Of a DNA stretch of 64,000 nt, positions 20,300 through 30,975 are shown piece after piece. The notes beneath the pieces were generated by a model. It had not been told where the DNA came from. It did not search any database and worked only from the letters and a program-made list of their open reading frames with translations. The translations under genes and the position numbers were made by a program. Within the stretch, counting starts at the first letter, position 1. The number at the start of each line of letters is the position of its first letter. The stretch lies in assembly GCA_027622715.1 (NCBI GenBank), contig JAQBYN010000014.1:15272-79271 (forward strand), written 5' to 3'. The stretch comes from Pseudomonadota bacterium. Lineage in GTDB: Bacteria > Pseudomonadota > Alphaproteobacteria > SHVP01.

Positions 20300-21616
20300 T
20301 CAATCGGCGGCGATAAGTCTGTCTTCGGCCAACCGCCGTTCAAAGCGGCGCGCATCGACCGGGTAAAGAGCGACGCAAATCGTCGTCATCCCATTGTCCT
20401 CGCGCTTCTCCGTGACATCGCCATGTTCATGGAGCCAGGCAATGGCCGCGCCGTCCTGCGACGGGACCTTGAATGTGCAGGTTTCACGCGCTTTCCGAAG
20501 GTGCCAAGCAATCACCTCTAGCAATCTCGAACACCCCTCACCGGTCGCCGCGGAAACCGCCACCACCTCGTTCGTGCCCGACGCAAGTGCGCCGAGCCGT
20601 TCGTTTTCCTCAGCCGGCAGCAGGTCGATCTTGTTTTGAATCTCAATCACAGGTGTGCCCGCACGTAGGCCGATATCTTCAAGAATGCCGAGGACGTCCG
20701 ATTTCTGATGGTCGTGGTCGGGATGCGCCATGTCGCGCACATGCAAGATCATATCGGCGTCGCGCACTTCTTCGAGGGTGGCAGCAAAGGCGGCCACGAG
20801 GTCGTGCGGCAGATTGGAAATGAAACCCACCGTGTCCGACAAAATGATGCGCTCGCCAGTGGCCAAGGTTAGCCCTCGCATCGTCGGATCTAAGGTGGCG
20901 AACAGCATGTCCTGCGCAAGGACCGACGCAGACGTCAGCCGGTTAAACAACGTTGACTTGCCTGCGTTCGTGTATCCGACGAAAGCCACAGTCGGGAACG
21001 GCACTTTGCGGCGGCTCTCGCGATGTAGGGTCCGCGTTCTGCTGACGCCGCGCAGTTCCTTTTCGAGCCGGATGATGCGATCGGAAATCATGCGGCGGTC
21101 GGCCTCGATTTGCCGTTCGCCCGGTCCGCCCATGAAGCCGAATCCACCGCGCTGGCGCTCCAAGTGGGTCCACGATCGCACCAGCCGGCTTTTTTGGTAA
21201 TTGAGGGCTGCCAGCTCGACCTGCAACGTGCCTTCTCGGGTTCGGGCGCGGGCGCCGAATATTTCGAGGATCAGGCCGGTCCGGTCGATTACCTTGCAAT
21301 CCCAGTCACGTTCAAGATTGCGCTGCTGGCCTGGGGTCAGGGCGGCATCGACGATGACAATTTCGATGTCGCGCTCTTTGAAGGTCGGTTTGAGGTCCGC
21401 CACTTTGCCTGACCCCAACAAAGTGGCCGGGCGTGGGCCGCCCATCGTGATGACCTCACGCAGCCTGACATCGAGGCCGATCGCCTCGGCCAAACCGACG
21501 GCTTCGGCCAGAGAGGATTCAGGCAGTCTTCTTGTGTCCGCCTTGCTCCGAAAATATGGATGCAGAACCGCGGCCGCAGTTGGAATCCCGTCCTTGTGGG
21601 AGATGCCCTCGGTCAA
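20300..21616 (-). CDS. hflX: GTPase HflX
   Basis: HflX N-domain plus G domain: GYTNAGKSTLFNRLT (G1), DTVGF (G3), NKIDLL (G4). Immediately downstream of hfq as in most proteobacteria. Confidence 0.9.
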   Translation of the reverse strand: MTEGISHKDGIPTAAAVLHPYFRSKADTRRLPESSLAEAVGLAEAIGLDVRLREVITMGGPRPATLLGSGKVADLKPTFKERDIEIVIVDAALTPGQQRNLERDWDCKVIDRTGLILEIFGARARTREGTLQVELAALNYQKSRLVRSWTHLERQRGGFGFMGGPGERQIEADRRMISDRIIRLEKELRGVSRTRTLHRESRRKVPFPTVAFVGYTNAGKSTLFNRLTSASVLAQDMLFATLDPTMRGLTLATGERIILSDTVGFISNLPHDLVAAFAATLEEVRDADMILHVRDMAHPDHDHQKSDVLGILEDIGLRAGTPVIEIQNKIDLLPAEENERLGALASGTNEVVAVSAATGEGCSRLLEVIAWHLRKARETCTFKVPSQDGAAIAWLHEHGDVTEKREDNGMTTICVALYPVDARRFERRLAEDRLIAAD

Positions 21617-21634
21617 ATCCGCCGAGCCTGGAGC

Positions 21635-21895
21635 CTATTCCTCACCCTCGCTGGTCTCTTCGGCCGATGGGTCGAATAATTGAACCGGTTGGGCGGGCAT
21701 GACGGTGGATATCGCATGTTTGTACACGAGTTGAACGTGGGCATCGCGGCGCAAAAGGACGCAAAAGTTGTCAAACCAACTGATGACACCTTGCAGCTTG
21801 ACCCCGTTGACGAGAAACACTGTGACGGGAAGTTTGTTCTTTCGAACATGATTTAGGAAGACGTCTTGGACATTTTGAGACTTGTTAGCCGACAT
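21635..21895 (-). CDS. hfq: RNA chaperone Hfq
   Basis: Sm1/Sm2 motifs ([23 protein letters not shown]...VYKHAIST), 86 aa with an acidic C-terminal tail. Confidence 0.95.
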   Translation of the reverse strand: MSANKSQNVQDVFLNHVRKNKLPVTVFLVNGVKLQGVISWFDNFCVLLRRDAHVQLVYKHAISTVMPAQPVQLFDPSAEETSEGEE

Positions 21896-22055
21896 TTTGG
21901 CCCTCGTCCTTTCTTGTTTTCACGTCGTCCCCCAAAAAGCCAGTTCTGAGAACCGGCTCACGACGGATTAGTGTTGCCTGCCGTGCAAAACTCTAGCGTG
22001 ACGTGCACCCCAATTCTATGTCGTAGCGCACAGATTGTGCGGATTTAGCGGCACC

Positions 22056-22922
22056 TCACGTTTTCGTGAGTTGAGCATTTCGGACATGGTTTCCGTACAG
22101 CGTAATTAGCCGCGTCGTGGTCGATCCGGGCTTGCCATTGGCAATCACTCGATCGTCGATTTGCACAACGGGGGTTACGAAGCTAGTCGCGCTGGTCACA
22201 AAAGCCTCGCGCGCAGCCATTGCCTCCGCCACCGAAAAGGGTCGCTCGATCACGCGAATGCCCTGCTCTTCTGCAAGTTGTTTGAGTACCAAACGGGTGA
22301 TCCCGCCGAGGATCGCGTTGGCCAATGGGCGCGTTACGAGATTGCCGTCGGTGTCGACGATCCAGGCGTTGCTGGACGCGCCCTCGGTGACCATGCCATC
22401 GCTATCAACCTGCCAAGCCTCATAGGCGTTGGCTTCTCTGGCAGCCTGCTTGGCCAGAATGTTGGGTAGCAGGGAGACCGACTTGATATCGCAACGGCCC
22501 CACCGAATGTCGGGAACCGTAATCACGGTCACCCCGTTGTCTTGATTTTCAGAACTGGGTCGCCCGCCGCGGCGCGCGGTGACGACGACGCTTGGCTCGA
22601 CGTCGTCGGGAAACACGTGGTTGCGGGGCGAGACACCGCGCGTAACTTGGAGATAGACGATACCGCGCTGCAACCGGTTGCGGCGGACCACTTCGTGAAG
22701 AATGACATCGAGGGCCCCCGGCGCCATGGGGCTCGCTATGCCGAGCTCCCCGAGGCTGCGCATTAGGCGATTATGGTGGGCTGGCACATCAACCAGCCGT
22801 CCGCGTTCGATCGTGAAGACCTCATAGACCCCATCGGCAAATTGATAGCCCCTGTCCTCGACATGGACCCCCGCGGCGTGGTGCGGGACGTAGCGGCCAT
22901 TGACGTAAGCGATTCGTGACAC
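22056..22922 (-). CDS. Class IV (D-amino-acid/branched-chain) aminotransferase, Dat-like
   Basis: IAYVNGRYVPHHAAGVHVEDRGYQFADGVYEV...; EAW/VTEGASSNAWIV motif. Start assigned to the GTG (VSRIAYVNG) 3 nt downstream of the trkH stop. The upstream in-frame extension was rejected because it overlaps trkH. Confidence 0.7.
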   Translation of the reverse strand: MSRIAYVNGRYVPHHAAGVHVEDRGYQFADGVYEVFTIERGRLVDVPAHHNRLMRSLGELGIASPMAPGALDVILHEVVRRNRLQRGIVYLQVTRGVSPRNHVFPDDVEPSVVVTARRGGRPSSENQDNGVTVITVPDIRWGRCDIKSVSLLPNILAKQAAREANAYEAWQVDSDGMVTEGASSNAWIVDTDGNLVTRPLANAILGGITRLVLKQLAEEQGIRVIERPFSVAEAMAAREAFVTSATSFVTPVVQIDDRVIANGKPGSTTTRLITLYGNHVRNAQLTKT

Positions 22923-22924
22923 GG

Positions 22925-24379
22925 CTAGCTTCTCCAGTAAGCGCGAGTGAACAGCACCAGCACGACCAATAGCTCCAGGCGGCCGATGATCATGGCAGCA
23001 ATGATCGTCCATTTTGTCGCGTCCGAGAACGCGGGATAGGAAAGCTCGGGCGCCGTCAGCGCTAGACCGGCACCGGCCGTCGATAACGTCGTCGCGGCCA
23101 AAGCCAGGGCACCTTGAAGGTCAAAACCCAGCAAACCGAATACCAATGCCCCTAGGGCAAGGAATGAAAGAAACATCATGAGCTGGCCCCACACGCTCCG
23201 CAGGGTCGGCTCGTCAATGATTTGTCCGCCATAGCGCAGGCGAACGACTCCGTGCGGGTACGACAGGCGCGACAGTTCGCGTCCAGCCAGTTTGAAGAAA
23301 ACCGAAAGTCTCATCAGGCGCATGCCGCCCGCGGTCGATCCTGTGGCACCGCCGATTAACATCAGGCCAATCAGGATCACCGGCACAATCACGGGCAGCG
23401 CGCCGCTCGCGGCGCTGCTGCTCGCGCTGTATCCCGTCGTGGTCAGGGCGGAAATGACGTCGAACGCGGCAGTGCGCACGCTGCTACCCAGGCCCAGGCT
23501 CTGCCCCGCAGCCAGGGCGCCGACGACGATCGCAGACGCAATCAATACGATACCAAGGAGGTACCGCGTCTCGGCATCTTTCAGAATCGGCCCGTACCGC
23601 CCGCGGGTGACCGACCACAGCATGGTAAAGTTCAACGCGCCCACCAGCATAAAGATCATCAGGACGATCTCGACCCCGACACTATCGTACGCGGCGATGC
23701 CGACTGTTCGCGTACTGAAACCGCCGGTCGAGATGGTTGAAAACGCATGCGCGGCGGCGTCGAATGGCGCCATCCCAACAACCACGAGGGCGAAAATGCA
23801 GAGGCCGGTGAGGCCGACGTAGATCCACCACATGGACCGTGCCGCACGTTCGGTACGGCCCAGCAGCGTGTCGCGGTCACCCCGCGGCATTGGCGAGACG
23901 AACAGGTTCATCCCGCCGACGCCGCCAAAAGAGAGCAGCACAACCGCGAACAAAATAATAGCAAACCCGCCGAGCCACTGAAGAATCGCGCGCCAAAGCA
24001 GGATTCCCCGCGGTACCGATTCAAGGTCCGTCAGGATTGTCGCGCCGCTCGTCGAAAACCCGGACAGTGCTTCGAAATACGCGTCGACGAAGGAGGCAAA
24101 AATCCCCGAAAGAACAAAAGGGATCGCGGCCAACGCCGGAACGAGTGTCCACAACAACGTCGCTGTTAGGAACCCGCCCCTCAGATCGATTCGGTGTTCG
24201 GTCCCGCGTGTGGCGATAATCGCCGTACCACCGACAAAGAGCGTCAGCCCGCTGCCCACCAAGAAAGTGGCACCTGTTGCGTCCTCAGCAACGCCGAACG
24301 ATAAAGCGGCAGGCAACAACATGAACGCCGCAAGGATAGCTGCGGCCCAGCCGAGAACGTTGACCTGCGTAGTGAACAT
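22925..24379 (-). CDS. trkH: Trk-system potassium uptake membrane protein TrkH
   Basis: 484 aa, polytopic. Repeated selectivity-filter-like GFSTSG/GFSTRT/TTTGYS/STAGAG motifs characteristic of TrkH/KtrB. Confidence 0.85.
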   Translation of the reverse strand: MFTTQVNVLGWAAAILAAFMLLPAALSFGVAEDATGATFLVGSGLTLFVGGTAIIATRGTEHRIDLRGGFLTATLLWTLVPALAAIPFVLSGIFASFVDAYFEALSGFSTSGATILTDLESVPRGILLWRAILQWLGGFAIILFAVVLLSFGGVGGMNLFVSPMPRGDRDTLLGRTERAARSMWWIYVGLTGLCIFALVVVGMAPFDAAAHAFSTISTGGFSTRTVGIAAYDSVGVEIVLMIFMLVGALNFTMLWSVTRGRYGPILKDAETRYLLGIVLIASAIVVGALAAGQSLGLGSSVRTAAFDVISALTTTGYSASSSAASGALPVIVPVILIGLMLIGGATGSTAGGMRLMRLSVFFKLAGRELSRLSYPHGVVRLRYGGQIIDEPTLRSVWGQLMMFLSFLALGALVFGLLGFDLQGALALAATTLSTAGAGLALTAPELSYPAFSDATKWTIIAAMIIGRLELLVVLVLFTRAYWRS

Positions 24380-24403
24380 TGGGCGCGGGGTTTCGGCCTC
24401 GGC

Positions 24404-25780
24404 TCAGAAAAAGTCGAGCCGGACGGCAAACAACTTTTCGACTTTCTTCACCATGTCCCGGGTCGCGAAAACGATCACGCGGTCGCCGGTCTCGATAATA
24501 GTGTCTCCGCGCGGGATAATGACTTCGTCGCCGCGCGCCAAAGCCCCGATGATGACCCCGGCAGGCAGTTTCACGTCATGCAGTGATTTGCCGGACAGCG
24601 GGGAGGCATCCAAAGTCTCGGCTTCGATGATCTCGGCCATGCCGTCGCGCACCGAATGAACTGCGCGAATTCTGCCGCGGCGAATGTGCTGAAGAATGCG
24701 CGAAACAGTAATTGCGCGCGGATTGACAACGGCGTCGATCCCCAGCGATCGCACCAAGGGGCCGTAGTCCATGTTATTGACCAGCGTCGTCGCGCGCTTG
24801 GCGCCTTCTCGCTTGGCCAACAGTGAGCTCAAAATATTGACCTGATCGTCGTTGGTTACCGCGATCACCGCATCGGCTTCTTTCACATTGGCCTCGGCCA
24901 ATATTTCGGCCGCCAGCGAATCTCCGTAGATCACGACAGCTCGTTCGAGTTGGTCGGCGACCCGCTCTGCACGTTCCCGGCTCACTTCGATGAGTTTGAG
25001 CCGGATGTCTGGAATCTCATCGATGATCTGTTTGGAAACGAACAAGCCAATGTTGCCGCCGCCGATGACAACAATGCGTCTGGCTTCTTTCTCTTCGTGG
25101 CCAAAGGCAGCCATTGCCCGCTGTACTTGCCTGGTATCGACGGTGAAATAGACTTCGTCGCCGACCAATATTTGATCGTCGCCGCCGGGTGTGATGATCC
25201 CCTCGCGGCGTACGATTCCAACGACCCGCATGTGCAGATCCGGAAACAGCTCGGTCAACTGGCGCAAAGGCGTGTCGATAATTGGGCAATTTTCCTCAAC
25301 TGAGACCGCGACAACGCGCACCTTGTCATCGACAAAACTAACCATGTCAGAGGCACCGGGAACGTTCAGCCGGCTGGTGATTGCGCGTGCGACTTCGATC
25401 TCGGGCGAAATAATAACGTCGATCGGCAGGTGATTGCGCGAGAACAGGTTTTGCCAGGCTGGGTCAAGGTAAGTCTGCGCGCGAATGCGTGCGATCTTGG
25501 TGGGCGTCTCGAATAGCGAATGGGCGACCTGGCAGGCCACCATATTAATTTCGTCGTTTTGGGTGACTGCAACGATCATCTCGGCGTCGCGCGCGCCTGC
25601 TTGTTCCAGAACGTCAGGGTGGGAGGCATATCCTTCGATCGCGCGAACATCGAGCGTCTCGTTCATTTTTTGGATGGTTTCTGGTGACTGATCGACGATC
25701 GTGACGTCGTTATTCTCCGACGCCAGTTGTCGCGCGATGCTGGACCCCACGAGCCCTGCTCCACAAACGATGATTCTCAT
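24404..25780 (-). CDS. trkA: Trk-system potassium uptake protein TrkA (tandem RCK/NAD-binding domains)
   Basis: MRIIVCGAGLVGSSIARQL (GxGxxG) and second IVVIGGGNIGLFVSKQI. 458 aa. Confidence 0.9.
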   Translation of the reverse strand: MRIIVCGAGLVGSSIARQLASENNDVTIVDQSPETIQKMNETLDVRAIEGYASHPDVLEQAGARDAEMIVAVTQNDEINMVACQVAHSLFETPTKIARIRAQTYLDPAWQNLFSRNHLPIDVIISPEIEVARAITSRLNVPGASDMVSFVDDKVRVVAVSVEENCPIIDTPLRQLTELFPDLHMRVVGIVRREGIITPGGDDQILVGDEVYFTVDTRQVQRAMAAFGHEEKEARRIVVIGGGNIGLFVSKQIIDEIPDIRLKLIEVSRERAERVADQLERAVVIYGDSLAAEILAEANVKEADAVIAVTNDDQVNILSSLLAKREGAKRATTLVNNMDYGPLVRSLGIDAVVNPRAITVSRILQHIRRGRIRAVHSVRDGMAEIIEAETLDASPLSGKSLHDVKLPAGVIIGALARGDEVIIPRGDTIIETGDRVIVFATRDMVKKVEKLFAVRLDFF

Positions 25781-25815
25781 TGGTGCTGGCCTGCGCCTTT
25801 ATCCTGGCCCACCTG

Positions 25816-27210
25816 CTAAGCCCGGCCGTTCCCGCCGGCGACGCCGAGCGCTTTTAGCTTTCGGTGAAGCGCCGAGCGTTCCATACCAACGAAAGAAGCG
25901 GTACGCGAGATGTTTCCGCCAAATCGATTGATTTGCGCGAGCAGATATTCCCGTTCGAACACTTCTCTAGCCTCGCGCAGGGGCATGGCCATTACCTCAC
26001 CATTGTCTTCTTGGCGAAGCGACGAGACGCCGTTGGAACGTATCTCCGGCGGCATTGTCTCGGCGTCGATCGCGGTTTCAGGACCGCCAGGCGCCATGAT
26101 CAACAGGCGCTCAATCATATTGCGTAACTCGCGCACATTGCCTGGCCAGTCCTTTGCTTGCAGGACGGCCATCGCGTCGTCGGCAATCACCCGCGCCGGC
26201 AGTCCGGTCGATTGCGCCATGCGTTCCATGAAATAGCGGGCCAACAGTGGGATGTCCTCGCGTCGTTCGGACAGGGGCGGCACCCGGACCGGGACGACGG
26301 CTAAACGATGAAAAAGGTCTTCACGGAATCGCCCGGCTGCGATTTCGTCCGACAGATTGCGGCTCGATCCGCTGATCACCCGCACGTCGACGCGGACTTG
26401 CTCGCGACCACCCAGGCGCGCGAACGTCTGTTCCTGCAGGACGCGAAGGATTCGGCCCTGGGTCTCGAGGGGCATGTCGGCCGCTTCATCGACGAACAGC
26501 GTGCCTTGGTGTGCCTGCTCGAAAATGCCGATCTTCCGAGGGCTATTCGGTCCGGTCGCGTTCGCTTCCGCGCCAAAGAGTTCCAGATCGATTGTTTCGG
26601 GTGCCATACGTGCCGCGTTCATGACGACGAATGGCCCGGTGGCGCGCCGCGAGCGGTTGTGGAGCAGCCGGGCGGCGACTTCTTTGCCGCTGCCGGCGGG
26701 GCCCGTGATGAGGACGCGGCTCCCGGTCGGTGCGACTTTCTCAATGGCGGCGCGCATTGTGTTGATTGCGGCAGTACCGCCGATAAGGTCGGATTCTTGT
26801 CCAAAACGCAGCCGGAGTTCTTCGTTTTCCCGGCGAAGCCGGGCCGCCTCGATGGCCCGCGATACGACTAAGAGGAGACGGTCGGCCGCAAAGGGTTTCT
26901 CAACGAAATCGTAGGCACCCCGTTTTATCGCGGATACCGCGGTCTCGATATTCCCGTGTCCGCTGATCATGATGACCGGCAGGTTTGGATACTCAGATCG
27001 GATCACGCCGAGGAGTTCGAGCCCGTCGAGTTCGCTGTTTTCCAGCCATATGTCGAGAACGACCAACGTCAGTTCGTGTTGCTCGAGCGCGAGAAGGGCC
27101 GTGCGGCTGTCCGTCGCCGTGCGCGCCGCATAGCCTTCATCCGAGAGAATCCCCGAAAGCGATTCTCGGATATCTGCTTCGTCATCGACAATGAGAATGT
27201 CGCGCGCCAA
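25816..27210 (-). CDS. ntrX: Sigma-54-dependent response regulator NtrX
   Basis: REC domain (ILIVDDEADIRESL...LVVLDIWL), AAA+ sigma-54 activator domain (VLITGPAGSGKEVAARLLH; GAFEQAHQGTLFVDEAADM) and C-terminal HTH. Confidence 0.85.
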   Translation of the reverse strand: MARDILIVDDEADIRESLSGILSDEGYAARTATDSRTALLALEQHELTLVVLDIWLENSELDGLELLGVIRSEYPNLPVIMISGHGNIETAVSAIKRGAYDFVEKPFAADRLLLVVSRAIEAARLRRENEELRLRFGQESDLIGGTAAINTMRAAIEKVAPTGSRVLITGPAGSGKEVAARLLHNRSRRATGPFVVMNAARMAPETIDLELFGAEANATGPNSPRKIGIFEQAHQGTLFVDEAADMPLETQGRILRVLQEQTFARLGGREQVRVDVRVISGSSRNLSDEIAAGRFREDLFHRLAVVPVRVPPLSERREDIPLLARYFMERMAQSTGLPARVIADDAMAVLQAKDWPGNVRELRNMIERLLIMAPGGPETAIDAETMPPEIRSNGVSSLRQEDNGEVMAMPLREAREVFEREYLLAQINRFGGNISRTASFVGMERSALHRKLKALGVAGGNGRA

Positions 27211-27243
27211 ACTTCTGCCTCCCCTACCCTCGAACCGTTCTTT

Positions 27244-29517
27244 TTATTCTGCCGCGGCGTCCAGTGGTGCCGCCACGTGCGAGTCATTGTGTCGTGGAAA
27301 GACAAGGGAAATGCGCGCACCGCCCTCGGGCCCATCTTCAAGAATCAATCGGCCGCGATGCTCTTCCATTATTTTCTTCACGATAGCAAGGCCCAAGCCC
27401 GTCCCTTTTTTTCGAGTCGTTACGTAAGGTTCTGTTAGACGCGCGCGCTGTTCTTTCGGCAAGCCTCGACCGTTGTCCTCGACACACAAGCGAACGAGAT
27501 CACCGTCCTCGCTAATGTCGACGCGAATACGGCCCGGCCGCATGTCGCCTTCCTCTTGCCGTCCTTCAATCGAGTCGGCGGCGTTCTGCATAAGATTGAT
27601 GACTGCCTGATTGATCTGGCCCCGGTCGCAATAGACCGTCGGGCCGACCGGCGGCAGACTGGTTTCGTACACGATATCGGGCGAACCGGACTGCTGCAGA
27701 AAGCTTACGTGCTCAACAATCTTGCGCAGGTCTTCGGCACGAAACTCTGGCGCCGGCATCCGGGCGAACTTGGAGAACTCGTCAACCATGCGGCCGATAT
27801 CGTCAACCTGTCGCATGATCGTATCGGTGCATTGACGGAATATGTCTTGGTCGGTGGTAATTTGATCGTGGTACTTGCGCCAAATCCGGTCGGCCGAAAG
27901 TTTGATCGGCGTCAGCGGATTCTTGATCTCGTGGGCGATACGCCGCGCGACGTCCGCCCAAGCGGCGCGGCGCTGTGCGGAGACAAGCTCCGATATGTCG
28001 TCAAAGGTCACGACAAACCCCGATTGCGGGTCGGCGATCGGATCGCTAACGATCCGGACATGCAGTTCGCGAACCTGCCCCTTGCGGCTAATCGTAACCT
28101 CGCCGTCGATCTGACGTCCGTTGCTGAGAAGCGCGCTGTCCAGGAGATCGGCCATCTCCGGCAAGAGTTCGCGAAAGTTTTGCCCAATCAATGTTTCCCG
28201 CGGCATGCCGAGCAGGTCGGTGGCGGACCGATTCGGCAGCGTGATCCGTCCCGTCGAGTCCAATCCAAGAACGCCGGCTGAAACTCCACCGAGCACGGCC
28301 TCGGTAAATCGGCGGCGTTCGTCGAGTTGCTGATTGGCCTCGATAAGTTCCCCGCGTTGTGCCCGGAGCTGGTTGGTCATGCGATTGAAGGCGCGGCTGA
28401 GGGTCCCGAATTCGTCGTCCTCTCGGCCTTCGGCAACGCGGACGTCGAGATCGCCCGAACGAACCCGCTCTGTTGCCCCCACGAGCGACGAGATTGGCTG
28501 CACCAACCTATTGGCGAAGACCAACGCGAGCCAGATCGCGATGCTCAAGAGCAAGAGCGCGAGCAGGATGAAAACCGTCGCAAGGCTGATTTCGACGCGC
28601 GATCGTTCGCTTTCAAGGCGGTTGTAGGACTCGGTCCGGCGCCGGGTCTCCTCAGCGAAGCCTAGGACCAGAGGATCGACAAGACGCCCGACGTACATAT
28701 AGGTGTCGCTCAATGTGTCGAGCCGCATCAGGGCTCGGACGTTTTGTTCGCCGAAACGCAGTAGAACGACATCGCCCGAACGCGCGCGCGTCATGATGGT
28801 CTCATCGTCGATCAAGCTCATATCTTGACTGAGCCGCGTGCGCGCCAGGATGATGCCGCGGCCATCGAAAATCATGGCTTCGGGCAGGCCGCGCGCGTCG
28901 GCGAGGAATTGCAACGTGCCAGTCAGCCGCGCGGGATTGTTGCGCGCGGCGTAAAGGCCTTGGCGCATGGCATCAGCCATTGCGCGCACGTCACCTTCGA
29001 TGGTTTTCCTATTCTCCTCAACATAGGCGTTGGCCACCGCGACGGAGTTGTTGATCGCGGACCGCGTGTTTTCGCTGAACCAAAGGTTGACGCCAACGTT
29101 GATAAACAAAGCCGATACGACGGCAACCACGATCGTTGGCACCATCGCCACCAAGGCAAACATGGCAACCAGTCGGACGTGGAGGCGAGAGCCGGCAAAT
29201 CCGCGGCGCCGCGCGACAACCAGTCGAACGAACCTGGCGGAGACGGCACTCAACAAGGAAAGCAACAGGATGCTGTCGACCAACAGCAATGGTCGAACTG
29301 CGGCACGGTCGCTACTGAACGGCGCCACGCCAATGACCGCGAGGTAGGTCAGCGCGCCAGCGGCAATCGCCGCGACCGCAAGTCCCAGCACCAGCTGGCG
29401 CTCAAGACCGACGCGCTGCGCCCACGCAAAAAACCGGCCGAGCTGCTCGTGGGTCTGTGTCTCAGATGCCATACGCTGTGACCATTTGGTCCAAGGCACT
29501 GTGCCCGTGAACCACAA
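27244..29517 (-). CDS. ntrY: Sensor histidine kinase NtrY (TM/HAMP/PAS/HisKA/HATPase)
   Basis: N-terminal TM helices, H-box IAHEIKNPLTPIKLSADRI, N/G boxes (LMQNAADS; GTGLGLAIVKKIMEEHRG). Position between ntrC and ntrX. Confidence 0.85.
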   Translation of the reverse strand: MWFTGTVPWTKWSQRMASETQTHEQLGRFFAWAQRVGLERQLVLGLAVAAIAAGALTYLAVIGVAPFSSDRAAVRPLLLVDSILLLSLLSAVSARFVRLVVARRRGFAGSRLHVRLVAMFALVAMVPTIVVAVVSALFINVGVNLWFSENTRSAINNSVAVANAYVEENRKTIEGDVRAMADAMRQGLYAARNNPARLTGTLQFLADARGLPEAMIFDGRGIILARTRLSQDMSLIDDETIMTRARSGDVVLLRFGEQNVRALMRLDTLSDTYMYVGRLVDPLVLGFAEETRRRTESYNRLESERSRVEISLATVFILLALLLLSIAIWLALVFANRLVQPISSLVGATERVRSGDLDVRVAEGREDDEFGTLSRAFNRMTNQLRAQRGELIEANQQLDERRRFTEAVLGGVSAGVLGLDSTGRITLPNRSATDLLGMPRETLIGQNFRELLPEMADLLDSALLSNGRQIDGEVTISRKGQVRELHVRIVSDPIADPQSGFVVTFDDISELVSAQRRAAWADVARRIAHEIKNPLTPIKLSADRIWRKYHDQITTDQDIFRQCTDTIMRQVDDIGRMVDEFSKFARMPAPEFRAEDLRKIVEHVSFLQQSGSPDIVYETSLPPVGPTVYCDRGQINQAVINLMQNAADSIEGRQEEGDMRPGRIRVDISEDGDLVRLCVEDNGRGLPKEQRARLTEPYVTTRKKGTGLGLAIVKKIMEEHRGRLILEDGPEGGARISLVFPRHNDSHVAAPLDAAAE

Positions 29518-29532
29518 TGTTGCATTATTGCA

Positions 29533-30975
29533 TCACTTGGGCGCGCGCACTACCTCAATTTGTAGCTCGCGGATTTTCTTCCGCAACGTGTTCCTATTCA
29601 GGCCAAGCAAGCTTGCGGCTTTGATCTGATTACCGCGCGTCGCGCGCAGACTCAGGGCGATCAACGGTCGCTCTACCTCGTTCAGGATGCGTTGGTAAAC
29701 CCCGTCGGGCGGAAGCGCCTCGCCGTGCGCCGCGAAGTAGGCCTCGAGATGCCGTTCGACGGCGCCACTCAGGCTGTTGTCACCGTCGATCTGTTGCTGA
29801 CGGACATCGCCGGCGAGTTCACGTTCGACCGCCGACGCCGGCACGGTCTCGTCTGCCGTCAGCGCGGCAAGACGGCGCATCAGGTTCTCCAACTCGCGGA
29901 CGTTGCCGGGCCAACGGTATTCTCGCAGCCGCTTGAGGGCATCGCCGGTGAGTCGCTTTGGCGGTAAACCTTCTTTTTCCGCGCGCAGTAGGAAATGCCG
30001 CACCAGATCGGGAATGTCGTCGGTCCGCTCGCGCAATGGCGGCAACCGCATCGGCACCACGTTCAAGCGGTAAAACAAATCCTCGCGAAACAATCCCTGG
30101 TCAACTAGGCGACGCAACGAGCGATGCGTTGCGGCGACAATGCGCACGTCGGCGCGGCGGGCCTGCCGGCTGCCTACAGCAGAATACTCGCCCTCTTGCA
30201 GGACGCGTAGCAGCCGGGTCTGCGCTTCGATCGGCATATCGCCGATTTCGTCGAGAAACAACGTGCCGCCATCGGCTTGCTCAAATTTGCCGCCGTGACG
30301 CATCGTGGCGCCGGTGAAAGCGCCCTTCTCGTGTCCAAAGAGCTCGCTTTCGATCAATTCGCGTGGAATCGCGGCCATGTTCACCGCGACGAAGGGTCGG
30401 TTACGGCGGCGGCCGAAGTCGTGGAGGGCTCTTGCGACAAGTTCCTTTCCGGTTCCCGATTCGCCCGAAATCAAGACGGTCAGATCTGTCGCCGTCAGCC
30501 GTCCCATGACGCGGTAGACGTCTTGCATTGCGGCCGAACGTCCAACCATCGGCATGACTTCGTCGTCGTCCTGGCGTGTCGACGGGGCCACCGGCGGACG
30601 CCGCGCGCCACCCTCTAGCGCTCTGTTAACAATGGACACTAATTCATTGATATCAAATGGTTTTGGAAGGTATTCATAGGCGCCACGCTCGGTCGCGCGC
30701 AGCGCCGTCATCATGGTATTGCGGGCGCTCATGACGATAACCGGCACGTCAGGTCGGGCCTTACGAATCCGCGGCAAGAGGTCGAGACCGTCTTCGTCGG
30801 GCATCACCACATCGGTAATGACCAGGTCACCTTCGCCAGCCTCGATCCATTGCCACAGCGTCGCGGCGGTGCCCGTTGTGCGCACTGCATACCCGGCGCG
30901 GGCAAGCGACTGGCTGACGACCTTACGGATAGACGCGTCATCGTCCGCGACCAGGATGGTTCCCTCGCCGCTCAC
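29533..30975 (-). CDS. ntrC: Nitrogen regulation protein NR(I), NtrC (sigma-54 activator)
   Basis: [16 protein letters not shown] domain, [15 protein letters not shown] Walker A, GAFTGA sigma-54 contact motif (EKGAFTGA), C-terminal Fis-type HTH. Start assigned to the GTG overlapping the ntrB stop (GTGA). Confidence 0.88.
   Translation of the reverse strand: MSGEGTILVADDDASIRKVVSQSLARAGYAVRTTGTAATLWQWIEAGEGDLVITDVVMPDEDGLDLLPRIRKARPDVPVIVMSARNTMMTALRATERGAYEYLPKPFDINELVSIVNRALEGGARRPPVAPSTRQDDDEVMPMVGRSAAMQDVYRVMGRLTATDLTVLISGESGTGKELVARALHDFGRRRNRPFVAVNMAAIPRELIESELFGHEKGAFTGATMRHGGKFEQADGGTLFLDEIGDMPIEAQTRLLRVLQEGEYSAVGSRQARRADVRIVAATHRSLRRLVDQGLFREDLFYRLNVVPMRLPPLRERTDDIPDLVRHFLLRAEKEGLPPKRLTGDALKRLREYRWPGNVRELENLMRRLAALTADETVPASAVERELAGDVRQQQIDGDNSLSGAVERHLEAYFAAHGEALPPDGVYQRILNEVERPLIALSLRATRGNQIKAASLLGLNRNTLRKKIRELQIEVVRAPK

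Noticed and set aside
20187-20300. Sigma-32 or sigma-70 promoter hexamers upstream of groES (TTGACT-N17-CTATCA)
   Set aside because: The match is too weak to call by eye. Only the CIRCE-like inverted repeat is reported.
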